Below are positions 1 through 9,108 of a DNA stretch of 64,000 nt, one piece after another. The notes beneath the pieces were generated by a model. It saw only the letters and a list, made by a program, of their open reading frames with translations, was not told the DNA's origin and searched no databases. Position numbers and translations under genes: made by a program. Source of the stretch: Vicinamibacterales bacterium (lineage in GTDB: Bacteria; Acidobacteriota; Vicinamibacteria; Vicinamibacterales; UBA8438); NCBI GenBank assembly GCA_965246995.1, contig OZ252008.1, forward strand, positions 883,986-947,985, written 5' to 3'. Position 1 is the stretch's first letter. Each line of letters starts with the position of its first letter.

Positions 1-172
1 TCACCTACTACGATTGGCGCCTGGAAAGGCGTCACGCCCGGCGGTTCCCGCTCCGTCGGGGGCGAATGGTCACTTGAAGAGCCATCGGTCGTGGGTTCGT
101 TTCCACCGCCTTGCGGGACAGTCCTCCCTCGTCGTAGCCGCGGTCCTGCTGATTCCTGCGTTGCAGGGTGTG

Positions 173-1126
173 CTACGGACGCTGGGTGCCCAGTTGTTCG
201 TGCAGGAGGCTGCGGACGACGAAGAGGACGTTGGCAGGACGTTCGGCCAGGCGGCGCATGAAGTATGGAAACCAGTCGGCGCCGAACGGAACGTAGATGC
301 GGACGCCGTAGCCCTTGGCGATCAGCGCCCCCTGAAGGTCGCGCCGGACGCCGTAGAGCATCTGGAACTCGTAGCGCTCGGCCGGGATGTTGCGCGCCGC
401 CGCGGCGGTGTTCACGGCCGTGAACATCCGTGGATCGTGTGTGCCGAACGCGGGCTCGACGCCTGACTCGAGCATCGTCTCCGCCAGTTCGGTGAACGCG
501 CCGTCAACGTCCCGCTTGTCCGCGAAGGCGATGTCCGGCTCTTCCCGGTAGGCGCCCTTCACAAGCCGGACCGGGAGGCGCGCCTCGTTGAGGCGGGCAA
601 GATCGCCTGGCGTGCGCCGGAGCATCGCCTGCAGGACCGTGCCAACCTGTTCGTGCCGTGCGCGCGCCGCGATGGCGATCCGGAGCGTCTCGTCGAGCAG
701 CGCGGAATGCTCCATGTCGATCCGGACGAAGCAGTCGGAGGCGTCCGCCTTCTCGAGGATCTGCTCCAGGTTCGTTTCGCACAGGCCTGGGTCAAGCTCC
801 AGGCCGAGTTGGGTCAGCTTGATCGAGAGGTTGCACTCCATCCGCGCTGCCCGCACGTGGTCGATCACCATGCCGTACGCCGCCGTCGCCTCCGCCGCGG
901 CCGCCTTCGTCCGGACATGTTCGCCGAGATAGTTGAACGTGTGAGTCATCCCGCTCCGCTCAATGGCGCGCGCCGATCGGACGGCTTCGGAGACGTCGGG
1001 GCCGCCGATGAATCGGCCCGCGGGGGAGTTGGGGCCGCGCATGCCGTAGCGCGTCGCTGCTTCCTTCAGCAGGCGGCTGTCGGCGGCCGTGAGGAAGAGC
1101 CAGCGGGAGAGTGTTTCAACAAGCAC
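173..1126 (-). CDS. Proline dehydrogenase (monofunctional, PutA-type FAD enzyme)
   Basis: 317-aa ORF. The translation shows PRODH TIM-barrel blocks (NLSIKLTQLGL, VRIDMEHS, PVRLVKGAY, FGTHD, YEFQMLYGV). The partner P5C dehydrogenase lies at 6290..7921. Confidence 0.85.
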   Translation of the reverse strand: MLVETLSRWLFLTAADSRLLKEAATRYGMRGPNSPAGRFIGGPDVSEAVRSARAIERSGMTHTFNYLGEHVRTKAAAAEATAAYGMVIDHVRAARMECNLSIKLTQLGLELDPGLCETNLEQILEKADASDCFVRIDMEHSALLDETLRIAIAARARHEQVGTVLQAMLRRTPGDLARLNEARLPVRLVKGAYREEPDIAFADKRDVDGAFTELAETMLESGVEPAFGTHDPRMFTAVNTAAAARNIPAERYEFQMLYGVRRDLQGALIAKGYGVRIYVPFGADWFPYFMRRLAERPANVLFVVRSLLHEQLGTQRP

Positions 1127-1152
1127 GGATGAACGCTCAGCCGCGCCGCGCG

Positions 1153-2319
1153 TCAGTGCGTGAGGAGGGATTCACCTCGCTGCGCGAACAGGTGCTCGAT
1201 AGTACGCGCGTAATAGCGGAGAACCATCCGTTCCCGTACACGGTAACGATCGCCATCCACCACGATGATCCCGCGGGTCACGAGCGGTTCCGTTGCGATA
1301 TCGAGCGCCTCGTGGCCGGTCGTGACGTCCAGGTTGGCGCCAGCAGACTGCAGGATCTCGATTAGCTGATCGATCCGATCTTCCAGCCGCGCCCGCTCCA
1401 TCGGTGGCCGGAGCGCTGCGGCGAGGAGCGCCGTGGGCACCACCTTGCAGCAGCGACCGACGGCGTCACGAATCCGTCGCCGCAGGCGGACCATGTCACG
1501 CCGGTCGTCCGGGTCACAGCCGTCGAAACTAATCGGATCGCCGAACGTGACGATGCTCCGCGAGCGGTAGCCGACCGCGTAACGGACCATCTCGGCTACC
1601 TCGTGACGGAACGGCCGCTGCGTGTGCTTCACCTGTTGGCGTGACAGGATGAAGTCCTCCAGCACCAGGTCGTACGCGATCCCGGTGGGAACGATCGACA
1701 CGCCACTTCGCCTTGCCGACGCGGCCGCATGGAGCAGACCCGTCTTGAACGGTTTGATCGCGCCGCTGTAGCTGCGTCCCCCTTCGAGATAGAGGAACAG
1801 GTCGGTACGTCGTAACAACTCGGCGACGTACGCCTTCAGCGTGACCAGGTACGCCGGATCCTTCGTCTCGCGGCGGATGGGGATCGCGCCGGTCACATGC
1901 TTGTGGATAAGGCCCAGGGCACCGCCGAACAGGTTGATACCGGCTGCAATCACCGGCGGGCGGATGCCGTTGTCGTCCACCACGAGCGGATGGACGAGAT
2001 AGTCGATATGGCTCTTGTGGTTCGCCGCGTAGATGACGCGGCCGTGGCGCGTCGCCGCCCGGACGATGTCAATCCGCTCGCCGATCCGCTCGATCTTCCG
2101 CAGGATCGGGTAGAGCGGGTGCTGCAGCGCGCGGTACATCCGGTACCGTTGCGTCGTCTGGAGTTCCTCGAGATAGCCCTGGATGGCGGCCTGCGCTTCG
2201 TCGGGCGTGCGGCCACCCACCCCCTGGAGATATCGGATCACTTCGTCGCGGGCCAAGACCGCTTCCGCGATTTCGTCCCGCTGTAGCGCGGCGTGAACGG
2301 TACCAGTGGAGGGTTGCAT
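1153..2319 (-). CDS. PlsB/GPAT-family glycerolipid acyltransferase (short form)
   Basis: All four acyltransferase blocks are visible: NHKSHIDY (HX4D), GAIPIRR, YLEGGRSYSG, IVPTGIAYD. The track ORF runs to 2367. I moved the start to ATG 2319 because 2336-2365 is an arm of an intergenic inverted repeat. Confidence 0.75.
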   Translation of the reverse strand: MQPSTGTVHAALQRDEIAEAVLARDEVIRYLQGVGGRTPDEAQAAIQGYLEELQTTQRYRMYRALQHPLYPILRKIERIGERIDIVRAATRHGRVIYAANHKSHIDYLVHPLVVDDNGIRPPVIAAGINLFGGALGLIHKHVTGAIPIRRETKDPAYLVTLKAYVAELLRRTDLFLYLEGGRSYSGAIKPFKTGLLHAAASARRSGVSIVPTGIAYDLVLEDFILSRQQVKHTQRPFRHEVAEMVRYAVGYRSRSIVTFGDPISFDGCDPDDRRDMVRLRRRIRDAVGRCCKVVPTALLAAALRPPMERARLEDRIDQLIEILQSAGANLDVTTGHEALDIATEPLVTRGIIVVDGDRYRVRERMVLRYYARTIEHLFAQRGESLLTH

Positions 2320-2335
2320 CCCGTGAACGCCGACG

Positions 2336-2520
2336 CTAGGAGCCCGTGGTGAAACCCCGCGTAGCACCGAGAGCGGTGAGGCGCCCGGCTGGCAAGGCGC
2401 GACGAGGGAGCATATTGGCCATATTGCGACCGCGGACTGACGCAGTCCGAGGAGCGACGCCGTTCAGGCGGGATGCATCGCCGCTCGAATGTAGCGGGGG
2501 TTTCACCACGGGCTCCTAGG
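2336..2520. repeat. Inverted-repeat (MITE/REP-like) intergenic element
   Basis: Arm 2336-2365 (ctaggagcccgtggtgaaaccccgcgtagc) is matched by arm 2491-2520 in reverse complement, with a 23-nt perfect core. The ~125-nt interior contains the hairpin ggact-gacgc-agtcc. Positions 2462-2520 are 51/59 identical (ungapped, inverted) to 19581-19639. Confidence 0.6.
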
Positions 2521-3673
2521 GCTCGGCTGCGATCGTGGCGGGGCGCGACAGTCGAACCGTCAACGTCGTGCCAGCCACAAGCGTCGCGGGTTCCCCGTCT
2601 CCCGCGGCAGCGGCGGCGGTACCGGCCGATGCGCCCGCCGCACCACCAATCGCCGCGCCTCGCCCGCCACCGAAGATGGCGCCCAGAATCGCGCCGGCGA
2701 TAGCACCGCCCCCCACCTTCGCAGCGTTCTGCTTCCCTTGCGCCTCGCCCTCACGGTAGACCGTCTCCGTCATGATCGGCGTTTCCACTCCGTCGTCGAA
2801 GACGACCGTATGGAAACGGACACCGAGGCGGGCCCTGCCGCGGAACTGTCCGGCCTGCTCGACCAGTACGACCGACCCCATGACGACCGTACCAGCCGGA
2901 ATGAGGACGCGGTCCCGCTCGATGACGTCGCGCGTCACCCGCGCCTGCACGTCGTCTTCTACTTCGGCGCTGTCGCTCGAGACGTAGGAGTCGATCTGGA
3001 GGCCGATCACGGAGTCGGCATCGAGCACTATTTCCTCGGCGGCCGGCGGTGCTGGCAGCGTCGAGGTTCCGGCGTGGTCGACATCGGCGTCCGCGGTGCG
3101 GGCCGTCTCGACGGCTGTCTCCGCCGTCCGCGTGACGGGCCAGCCGTCGGCATCGGTGGTGACCGGTGCAGGTCCGGTGACGACTGGCTCGGCGCCGATC
3201 ACGTCGGGGGAGGGCGCGTCTGCAGGGCGCTCGGCTCGGCGCCAGCCGTCAATCTCGGGGAGGTCGTTTGCCGCAGCGCCCGCCTCGACGGACACGTCAC
3301 GGCTGGTTGTCGGCTCCACGGCTGGCGGATCCGGCGCCTCGGTTGCCGCCGGCTCGGGTTGCGGTTCCGGCGCGGGCGCAGGTGGTGGCGCGGGAGGCGG
3401 TGAGGGCGCCGGTTGCTCGGCTACGCGCGGCGCGGGAGGCGCTTCCGGCTCGGCTGCCGCCGGCTCGGGTTCAGGCTCCGCCAGCTCGACCACCTGCTCG
3501 GTGGCGTCCACCGGCAACGCGATCCCGCCCGTGGTGGCCATTGCCATCCGCGCGTCCGAATCGGCCCCCCCGCCAGGTTCCGTGTTGTCGCGCACGGCAA
3601 AATAGGCGCCAATACCGGCGGCGCTGGCAATGAGGGCTGCTGCAGCGACGAACGCTGCGGGTCGCATTTCCAT
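2516..3673 (-). CDS. Membrane-anchored protein with Pro/Ala-rich linker and C-terminal glycine-zipper segment (function unknown)
   Basis: Start placed at ATG 3673 (MEMRPAAFVAAAALIASAAGIGAYF is a TM helix). A long PEPEP/APPPAP low-complexity linker follows. The C-terminus is GGGAIAGAILGAIFGGGRGAAIGGAAGASAG. The track ORF extends to 3832. Confidence 0.6.
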   Translation of the reverse strand: MEMRPAAFVAAAALIASAAGIGAYFAVRDNTEPGGGADSDARMAMATTGGIALPVDATEQVVELAEPEPEPAAAEPEAPPAPRVAEQPAPSPPPAPPPAPAPEPQPEPAATEAPDPPAVEPTTSRDVSVEAGAAANDLPEIDGWRRAERPADAPSPDVIGAEPVVTGPAPVTTDADGWPVTRTAETAVETARTADADVDHAGTSTLPAPPAAEEIVLDADSVIGLQIDSYVSSDSAEVEDDVQARVTRDVIERDRVLIPAGTVVMGSVVLVEQAGQFRGRARLGVRFHTVVFDDGVETPIMTETVYREGEAQGKQNAAKVGGGAIAGAILGAIFGGGRGAAIGGAAGASAGTAAAAAGDGEPATLVAGTTLTVRLSRPATIAAEP

Positions 3674-3818
3674 CTCTACACCCTGGCCCGGCCCGCCGAC
3701 AAGCGCTGGCTTTTCCGGCGGCTTCCGTGTCTCAATCTGATTATGTCCCGATCCCGTCGGATTGGAAAGGCAGCCGTCACACGGTTGTAACCCGCCGTTC
3801 ATGGCCGTGATGTAGACT

Positions 3819-5042
3819 TTGCGCGCCCGCATCGGTAGGGGGGTTCAGCCGGGCACTGAAGAAAGCTGGAAGCTTCAAGTCCACGTGCCCGTTACCTCGC
3901 CGGTCCCTGATCGTCGGCCCGCTATCGCTCCGCGGCTACTGAGCGCGGTTGGCTTCCTCTTCGTCTTCCTGGTGGGCGTCAACGGCCTCGGTGAAGGCTT
4001 CGAGCTGTTAGGCCAGGATATTATCGAGAGTTTTTTTGCTGCGACCTCCAACCCGTTCGTCGGCCTGATAGTCGGTCTTCTCGCCACCACGCTGGTCCAG
4101 AGTTCGTCGGTCACTACCGCAATGGTGGTCGGTCTGGTGGCCGCTCCCGAAAATCCGTTGCCGCTGGGCAACGCCATCCCGATGGTGATGGGGGCAAACA
4201 TCGGTACGACGGTCACGGCGACCTTGGTGTCGCTGGCGCACCTCGGCCGCAAGGACGAGTTCGAACGCGCGTTTCCTATCGCCATCTGCCACGACATCTT
4301 CAACATCCTGACGGTGATGTTTCTGCTGCCGCTCGAGCTGGCGACCGGCTACCTTCGGACCACGGCCACCGCCATGGCGAGCCTGCTGGGGAACCGGGTG
4401 GTGGGCGTCGAATACGAGAGTCCGCTCAGCGCCGCGATCGACTTGGGCTACGCACCGCTCGCCTGGCTTGCCGCCTTGATGCCGTTGCAGGGGGCGCGGG
4501 CGGTTGTGCTGATCGGGCTGAGCGCGGGTTGCATCTTCGGTGCGCTGTTCATGTTGGTCAAGGTGCTTCGTTCGGCGGTTCACTCGCGGGTGGAGCGGAT
4601 GGTCAACGGCGTTCTGCAGACGAGCGCCGTCGTCTCCATTCTCGTGGGTGTCGTCGCAACCGTGATGGTGCAGTCGAGTTCCATCACGACCTCGCTGCTC
4701 GTGCCACTGGGCGGTGCGGGCCTGATCGCCCTGGAGCAGGCGTTTCCGGTCGCGATCGGCGCGAACGTCGGGACGACCGTGACGGCGCTGATCGCCGCAC
4801 TCGCCGTCTCCGGACCGAACGCGGCCGCCGGGTTGCAGATCGCGCTGGTGCACCTGCTGTTCAATGTCAGCGGCATGTTGCTGGTCTATCCGTTCCGCGT
4901 AATTCGGCGGGTGCCGCTGCGCATGGCGCGCAGTGTGACCAAGCTAGCGCTCCGCTCGCGCAAGCTGACCGTAGTGGGGGTCTTCCTGGTGGCGTACGGT
5001 GTCCCGGCGCTCCTGATATTCGTCACGCGCTTCTTTGAATGA
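3819..5042 (+). CDS. Na+/phosphate cotransporter family protein (NptA-like)
   Basis: 407-aa polytopic ORF. The Na_Pi_cotrans repeat appears twice (QSSSVTTAMVVGLV... and QSSSITTSLLVPL...), each followed by GANIGTT/GANVGTT. The start is uncertain: TTG 3819 or GTG 3885. Confidence 0.8.
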   Translation: MRARIGRGVQPGTEESWKLQVHVPVTSPVPDRRPAIAPRLLSAVGFLFVFLVGVNGLGEGFELLGQDIIESFFAATSNPFVGLIVGLLATTLVQSSSVTTAMVVGLVAAPENPLPLGNAIPMVMGANIGTTVTATLVSLAHLGRKDEFERAFPIAICHDIFNILTVMFLLPLELATGYLRTTATAMASLLGNRVVGVEYESPLSAAIDLGYAPLAWLAALMPLQGARAVVLIGLSAGCIFGALFMLVKVLRSAVHSRVERMVNGVLQTSAVVSILVGVVATVMVQSSSITTSLLVPLGGAGLIALEQAFPVAIGANVGTTVTALIAALAVSGPNAAAGLQIALVHLLFNVSGMLLVYPFRVIRRVPLRMARSVTKLALRSRKLTVVGVFLVAYGVPALLIFVTRFFE

Positions 5043-5104
5043 CGCTTTGGCGCTGTGTAGACTGATCGGTCCGGGCTGCGACAAGAAGCTGCAGCAGGGT
5101 CCAT

Positions 5105-6220
5105 GTGAACCAACCGTCTGACGTCGTCGTGATCGGCGCCGGCATCGTCGGCTGCGCGGTCGCCTACGAACTGGCCCGGCGCGGCGTCCGGGTCCGCGTG
5201 ATCGACCGCCGGAGAGTTGGTCAGGGCGCGACGCAGGCGTCCGCCGGCGTGCTCGCGCCGTTCATCGAAGCGCATGACCGGGGTCTGCTCCTCGAACTCG
5301 CGGCGCGCAGCCTCGATCTCTACGATCAGTTCGTAGCGCGGGTAGTGGAGGATTCTGGCGCAGCCGTGCAGTACGTCCGGAGCGGCACGCTCGAGGTGGC
5401 GTCGGACGAAGCAGGAGCAGCGCGGCTCGACGCCATTCATGCCACGTGCAGAGAACGGGGGATTCCGTCGGAACGGCTCGATGGGGACGCGGTGCGCGCG
5501 GCGGAACCGCACCTGGCCTCGTCAGTCACCGCCGGCCTGCTGGTCGCATCGCATGGCTTCGTCGGCGCCTCGGATCTCACCGCCGCGTTGCGTCGTGCGG
5601 CTACCGCGCACGGTGTCGTCTTCAGAACCTCCGCGGAGGCGACGCGCGTCAAGGCGGACGGGAAAGGCGTCCGGATCGAGACGTCCGGGGATGCGATCGC
5701 GTGCGAATCAGTGGTCGTCGCCGCGGGGAGCTGGTCAGGCCGCGTCGAAGTGGACGGCGCGAAGCAACTCCCGATACGGCCGGTGCGGGGGCAGCTCCTC
5801 CATTTAGGCTGGCCGACGTCGCCGCTCCGCCGCGTCGTCTGGGCTTCCGATTGTTACCTGGTTCCGTGGAGGGATGGCACGGTGCTGATCGGTGCAACGA
5901 TCGAGGAGGTCGGCTTCGACGAACGGGCGACCGTCGCCGGGGTCCGTTCGCTACTGGATGCCACCGCGCGTGTCGCTCCCTCGGTGGAGAAGGCGTCGTT
6001 CCTCGAGGCGCGCGTTGGACTCCGCCCGGCAACGCCGGACGAGTTGCCGGTCATCGGACGTTCCGTCTCCGTGCCCGGCCTGGTGTACGCCTGCGGACAC
6101 TTCCGGAACGGGATCCTGCTGGCACCGCTTACTGCCACCCTCGTGGGTGATCTGCTCGTGGATGAGAAGCACGATCCCGCGCTCGACGTCACCGCGCCGT
6201 CCCGCTTCGGTGACTGCTGA
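5105..6220 (+). CDS. thiO: FAD-dependent glycine/D-amino-acid oxidase (ThiO-like)
   Basis: N-terminal dinucleotide fold VVVIGAGIVGCAVAYELA. C-terminal GHFRNGILLAPLTA motif typical of ThiO. GTG start. The ThiO versus generic DAO assignment is by motif only. Confidence 0.65.
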   Translation: MNQPSDVVVIGAGIVGCAVAYELARRGVRVRVIDRRRVGQGATQASAGVLAPFIEAHDRGLLLELAARSLDLYDQFVARVVEDSGAAVQYVRSGTLEVASDEAGAARLDAIHATCRERGIPSERLDGDAVRAAEPHLASSVTAGLLVASHGFVGASDLTAALRRAATAHGVVFRTSAEATRVKADGKGVRIETSGDAIACESVVVAAGSWSGRVEVDGAKQLPIRPVRGQLLHLGWPTSPLRRVVWASDCYLVPWRDGTVLIGATIEEVGFDERATVAGVRSLLDATARVAPSVEKASFLEARVGLRPATPDELPVIGRSVSVPGLVYACGHFRNGILLAPLTATLVGDLLVDEKHDPALDVTAPSRFGDC

Positions 6221-6289
6221 AGACGCAGCGATCGAACCGGCGTGCTGTACCCTTAGTGGTTCGGAAATAGAGGAAGGAGTCGTTCAGCG

Positions 6290-7921
6290 ATGATCAATGC
6301 TCGCATCAATGCGCCCACTCCGGTCAACGAACCGGTTCGTGCCTACGCCCCGGGTTCGTCCGAGCGCGCCGAGCTGCAGGCGCAACTGCAGGTGTGTGCC
6401 GGTGAGCAGATAGAGATTCCGCTCGTCATCGGTGGGCGGGAGGTCCGGACCGGCGACACCGGCCAGGCGGTGATGCCGCACAACCACCAGCAGGTGCTCG
6501 GTACGTTCCACAAGGGGAACGCCGAGATGGTGGAGCAAGCGGTAGCGGCGGCCGAGGCTGCGCGCCCCGGCTGGGCGGCGTTGCCGTGGGAGGCGCGCGC
6601 GGCGGTTTTCCTGCGGGCAGCTGAACTGCTGGCCGGGAAGTACCGTTCGATTGTGAATGCAGCGACGATGCTCAACCAGAGCAAGACAGTTTTCCAGGCA
6701 GAGATCGACGCCGCGTGCGAATTGATTGACTTCTTCCGCTACAACGTCTCGTACATGCCGCAGATCTTTGGCGAACAGCCAGGGAGTGGGGCGGCGATGT
6801 GGGACTACGTCGAGTACCGGCCGCTCGAAGGATTCGTCTTCGCAGCCACGCCCTTCAACTTCACAGCGATCGCCGGCAACCTGGCGACCAGTCCGGCGAT
6901 GATGGGCAACACCGTCATCTGGAAACCGGCCTCGACTGCCGTGCTCTCGGCCTGGCATCTGATGGAACTGCTCCGCGAGGCAGGGTTGCCGGACGGTGTC
7001 ATCAATTTCGTGCCGGGGAGCGGCGGCACGATCGGCGAGCCGGCGATGAATCACCCCTCGCTCGGTGGCGTCCACTTCACCGGGAGCACGGAAGTGTTCC
7101 AGGGGATGTGGCGGACGGTTGGCGCGAACATCGCCAACTATCGGAGCTATCCGCGTATCGTCGGCGAGACGGGTGGCAAGGACTTCATCTTCGCGCACCC
7201 GTCGGCGGACCCGGCCGCTTTGCGGACCGGCCTGATCCGTGGCGCCTACGAGTACACGGGGCAAAAGTGCAGCGCGGCGAGTCGGGCGTACATCCCGAAG
7301 TCGATCTGGGAGAAGCACGCGGACGACTGGTGCCACGAGATTGACGGGATCCCGTACGGGGACGTTGCGGATCTCACCAAGTTCATGGGTGCAGTGATCG
7401 ACGCTGCCTCGTTCAGGACGCAGAAGACAGCCATTGACGAGGCGCACGCCGCTTCCGACGCCGATGTTGTCTGTGGCGGCACGTACGACGATACGACCGG
7501 CTACTTCGTCGCGCCGACTCTGATTCGGGCCCATGACCCGCACTACCGGACGATGGAGGTGGAGTTGTTCGGCCCGGTGATGACCGTCTACGTCTACGAC
7601 GACGACCAGTATGCGGAGACGCTCGAACTGTGCGACCGGACGTCTCCCTACGCCCTTACCGGCGCCATCTTCGCCAACGACCGTCACGCGATCGATCGCG
7701 CGCAGCGGACACTGGTGAACGCGGCGGGGAACTTCTACATCAACGACAAGCCGACCGGCGCGGTGGTGGGTCAGCAGCCGTTCGGCGGGTCGCGCGCATC
7801 CGGCACGAACGACAAGGCCGGGAGCGCGCTCAACCTGATCCGATGGGTGAGCGCGCGGACGACGAAGGAGAACTTCGTGCCGGCGACGGACTACCGCTAT
7901 CCGCACATGGAGGCGGACTAA
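6290..7921 (+). CDS. pruA: L-glutamate gamma-semialdehyde (1-pyrroline-5-carboxylate) dehydrogenase
   Basis: 543-aa aldehyde dehydrogenase with GETGGKD and catalytic Cys block YTGQKCSAASR. Length and N-terminus match stand-alone P5CDH. PRODH is in the same window. Confidence 0.9.
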   Translation: MINARINAPTPVNEPVRAYAPGSSERAELQAQLQVCAGEQIEIPLVIGGREVRTGDTGQAVMPHNHQQVLGTFHKGNAEMVEQAVAAAEAARPGWAALPWEARAAVFLRAAELLAGKYRSIVNAATMLNQSKTVFQAEIDAACELIDFFRYNVSYMPQIFGEQPGSGAAMWDYVEYRPLEGFVFAATPFNFTAIAGNLATSPAMMGNTVIWKPASTAVLSAWHLMELLREAGLPDGVINFVPGSGGTIGEPAMNHPSLGGVHFTGSTEVFQGMWRTVGANIANYRSYPRIVGETGGKDFIFAHPSADPAALRTGLIRGAYEYTGQKCSAASRAYIPKSIWEKHADDWCHEIDGIPYGDVADLTKFMGAVIDAASFRTQKTAIDEAHAASDADVVCGGTYDDTTGYFVAPTLIRAHDPHYRTMEVELFGPVMTVYVYDDDQYAETLELCDRTSPYALTGAIFANDRHAIDRAQRTLVNAAGNFYINDKPTGAVVGQQPFGGSRASGTNDKAGSALNLIRWVSARTTKENFVPATDYRYPHMEAD

Positions 7922-7945
7922 AGTTTCGCTGGTGCGAAACTTCTG
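7922..7945 (+). terminator. Candidate intrinsic terminator after pruA
   Basis: Perfect 8-bp stem agtttcgc/gcgaaact with loop tggt, starting 1 nt after the stop codon. It is followed by ttct, which is only a short T tract. Confidence 0.4.
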
Positions 7946-8004
7946 CGGCCCGGGGGCTTGACGCGCGTTGCGGACGGGCAAACGAACGAGGAGGGCAGGT
8001 CGAC

Positions 8005-8214
8005 ATGGCTTTCTGTGACCATTGCGCGGGTCAGCGCTTCGATCGGGCGCAAGTACTGCGCACCCTGCGCGAGACGCGCAAGCGCCTCAAGACCGAGGGG
8101 AGAGAGTGTACCGGCCTCGAGGCGCTCGAACTGGCCATCCAGGTCGTCCGCGGTCTAGACACCATCCACCTCGAACTCCTAGAGGAGATGGGCGACGACA
8201 CGGTCGTCCACTGA
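8005..8214 (+). CDS. Small hypothetical protein (69 aa, CxxC at N-terminus)
   Basis: ATG 8005 is preceded by gaggagggc (SD-like). The composition is non-repetitive (MAFCDHCAGQRFDRAQVLRTLRETRKRLK...). I recognise no family. Confidence 0.3.
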   Translation: MAFCDHCAGQRFDRAQVLRTLRETRKRLKTEGRECTGLEALELAIQVVRGLDTIHLELLEEMGDDTVVH

Positions 8215-8238
8215 CCCGCCGGTTGCTCCGACAGACCG

Positions 8239-8898
8239 CTACTTCGGCTGCGGCACGACCCGGATGTACGGCAGCGGCGTCTGCCAGCCGTCAGGATAGG
8301 TTGACTTCGCCTCGGCATCCTTCACCGCCGGCAGGATGATGACGTCGTTCCCCGGCTTCCAGTTTGCGGGGGTCGCCACCTTCTTCTGCGCCGTGAGCTG
8401 GCACGAATCGAGCAGGCGCAGGATCTCGTCGAAGTTTCGCCCGGTGCTCATCGGGTAGGTGAGCGTCGCCTTGATCCGTTTGTCGGGGCCGATCACGAAG
8501 ACCGACCGCGCGGTGGCGTTGTCGGCCGGCGTCCGCCCCACCGAGGTGTCGCCCGCATCCGCCGGCAGCATGTCGTACTGCTTGACAATCGCCAGCGACG
8601 GGTCGCCGATCAGCGGGTAGTTAATCGGGTTTCCACTGTAGGAGGCGATGTCCTGTGACCACTTCGCGTGGTCGCTCACGCCGTCGACGCTGATGCCGAG
8701 CACCTTGCAGTTCCGCTTCGCGAACTCGTCGTGCAGCCCCGCCATGGTCCCGAGTTCGGTGGTGCACACCGGCGTGAAGTCCTTCGGGTGCGAGAAGAGG
8801 ATCGCCCAGCCGTCGCCGATCCACTCGTGGAAGCTGATCGGCCCCTCCGTCGTCTCCGCCGTGAAGTCGGGTGCGACGTTGTTAATTCTGAGTGACAT
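8239..8898 (-). CDS. 1-Cys peroxiredoxin (Prx6-like)
   Basis: The 219-aa product starts MSLRINNVAPDF and carries the peroxidatic Cys motif DFTPVCTTEL. A GGAGGG SD sits 6 nt upstream of ATG 8898. The track ORF upstream extension is Arg-rich and was rejected. Confidence 0.9.
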   Translation of the reverse strand: MSLRINNVAPDFTAETTEGPISFHEWIGDGWAILFSHPKDFTPVCTTELGTMAGLHDEFAKRNCKVLGISVDGVSDHAKWSQDIASYSGNPINYPLIGDPSLAIVKQYDMLPADAGDTSVGRTPADNATARSVFVIGPDKRIKATLTYPMSTGRNFDEILRLLDSCQLTAQKKVATPANWKPGNDVIILPAVKDAEAKSTYPDGWQTPLPYIRVVPQPK

Positions 8899-9108
8899 TC
8901 CGGTTCCCTCCGTCGTGAGGCGCCAGAACGTGGCTGCGTCCGGCGCGCCAACAGCTTGCCGACGAGCGCGTTCGCCAGGAACGCACCCTTCCCTGATCGC
9001 GCGAAACCTAAGTCTATACCGTCGCCCCAAGTGATATCCTCTGCACGGTTCTGGCGGCCCCGGGCTGTGTTCGGGATCCAATTTCCTGTCGGCGCAGTGG
9101 AGCGGCAG

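Noticed and set aside
1-172. Possible small gene or tRNA in the first 172 nt (gggttcgtttcc resembles a T-loop)
   Set aside because: No cloverleaf can be drawn. The only ORFs are short and Arg-rich, so I treated it as an intergenic or 3'-flank region.
6284-7981. 565-aa ORF on the minus strand
   Set aside because: It is exactly antisense to the well-supported P5C dehydrogenase gene. Its translation is Arg/Pro/His-rich with no family signature. This is a typical high-GC antisense artefact.
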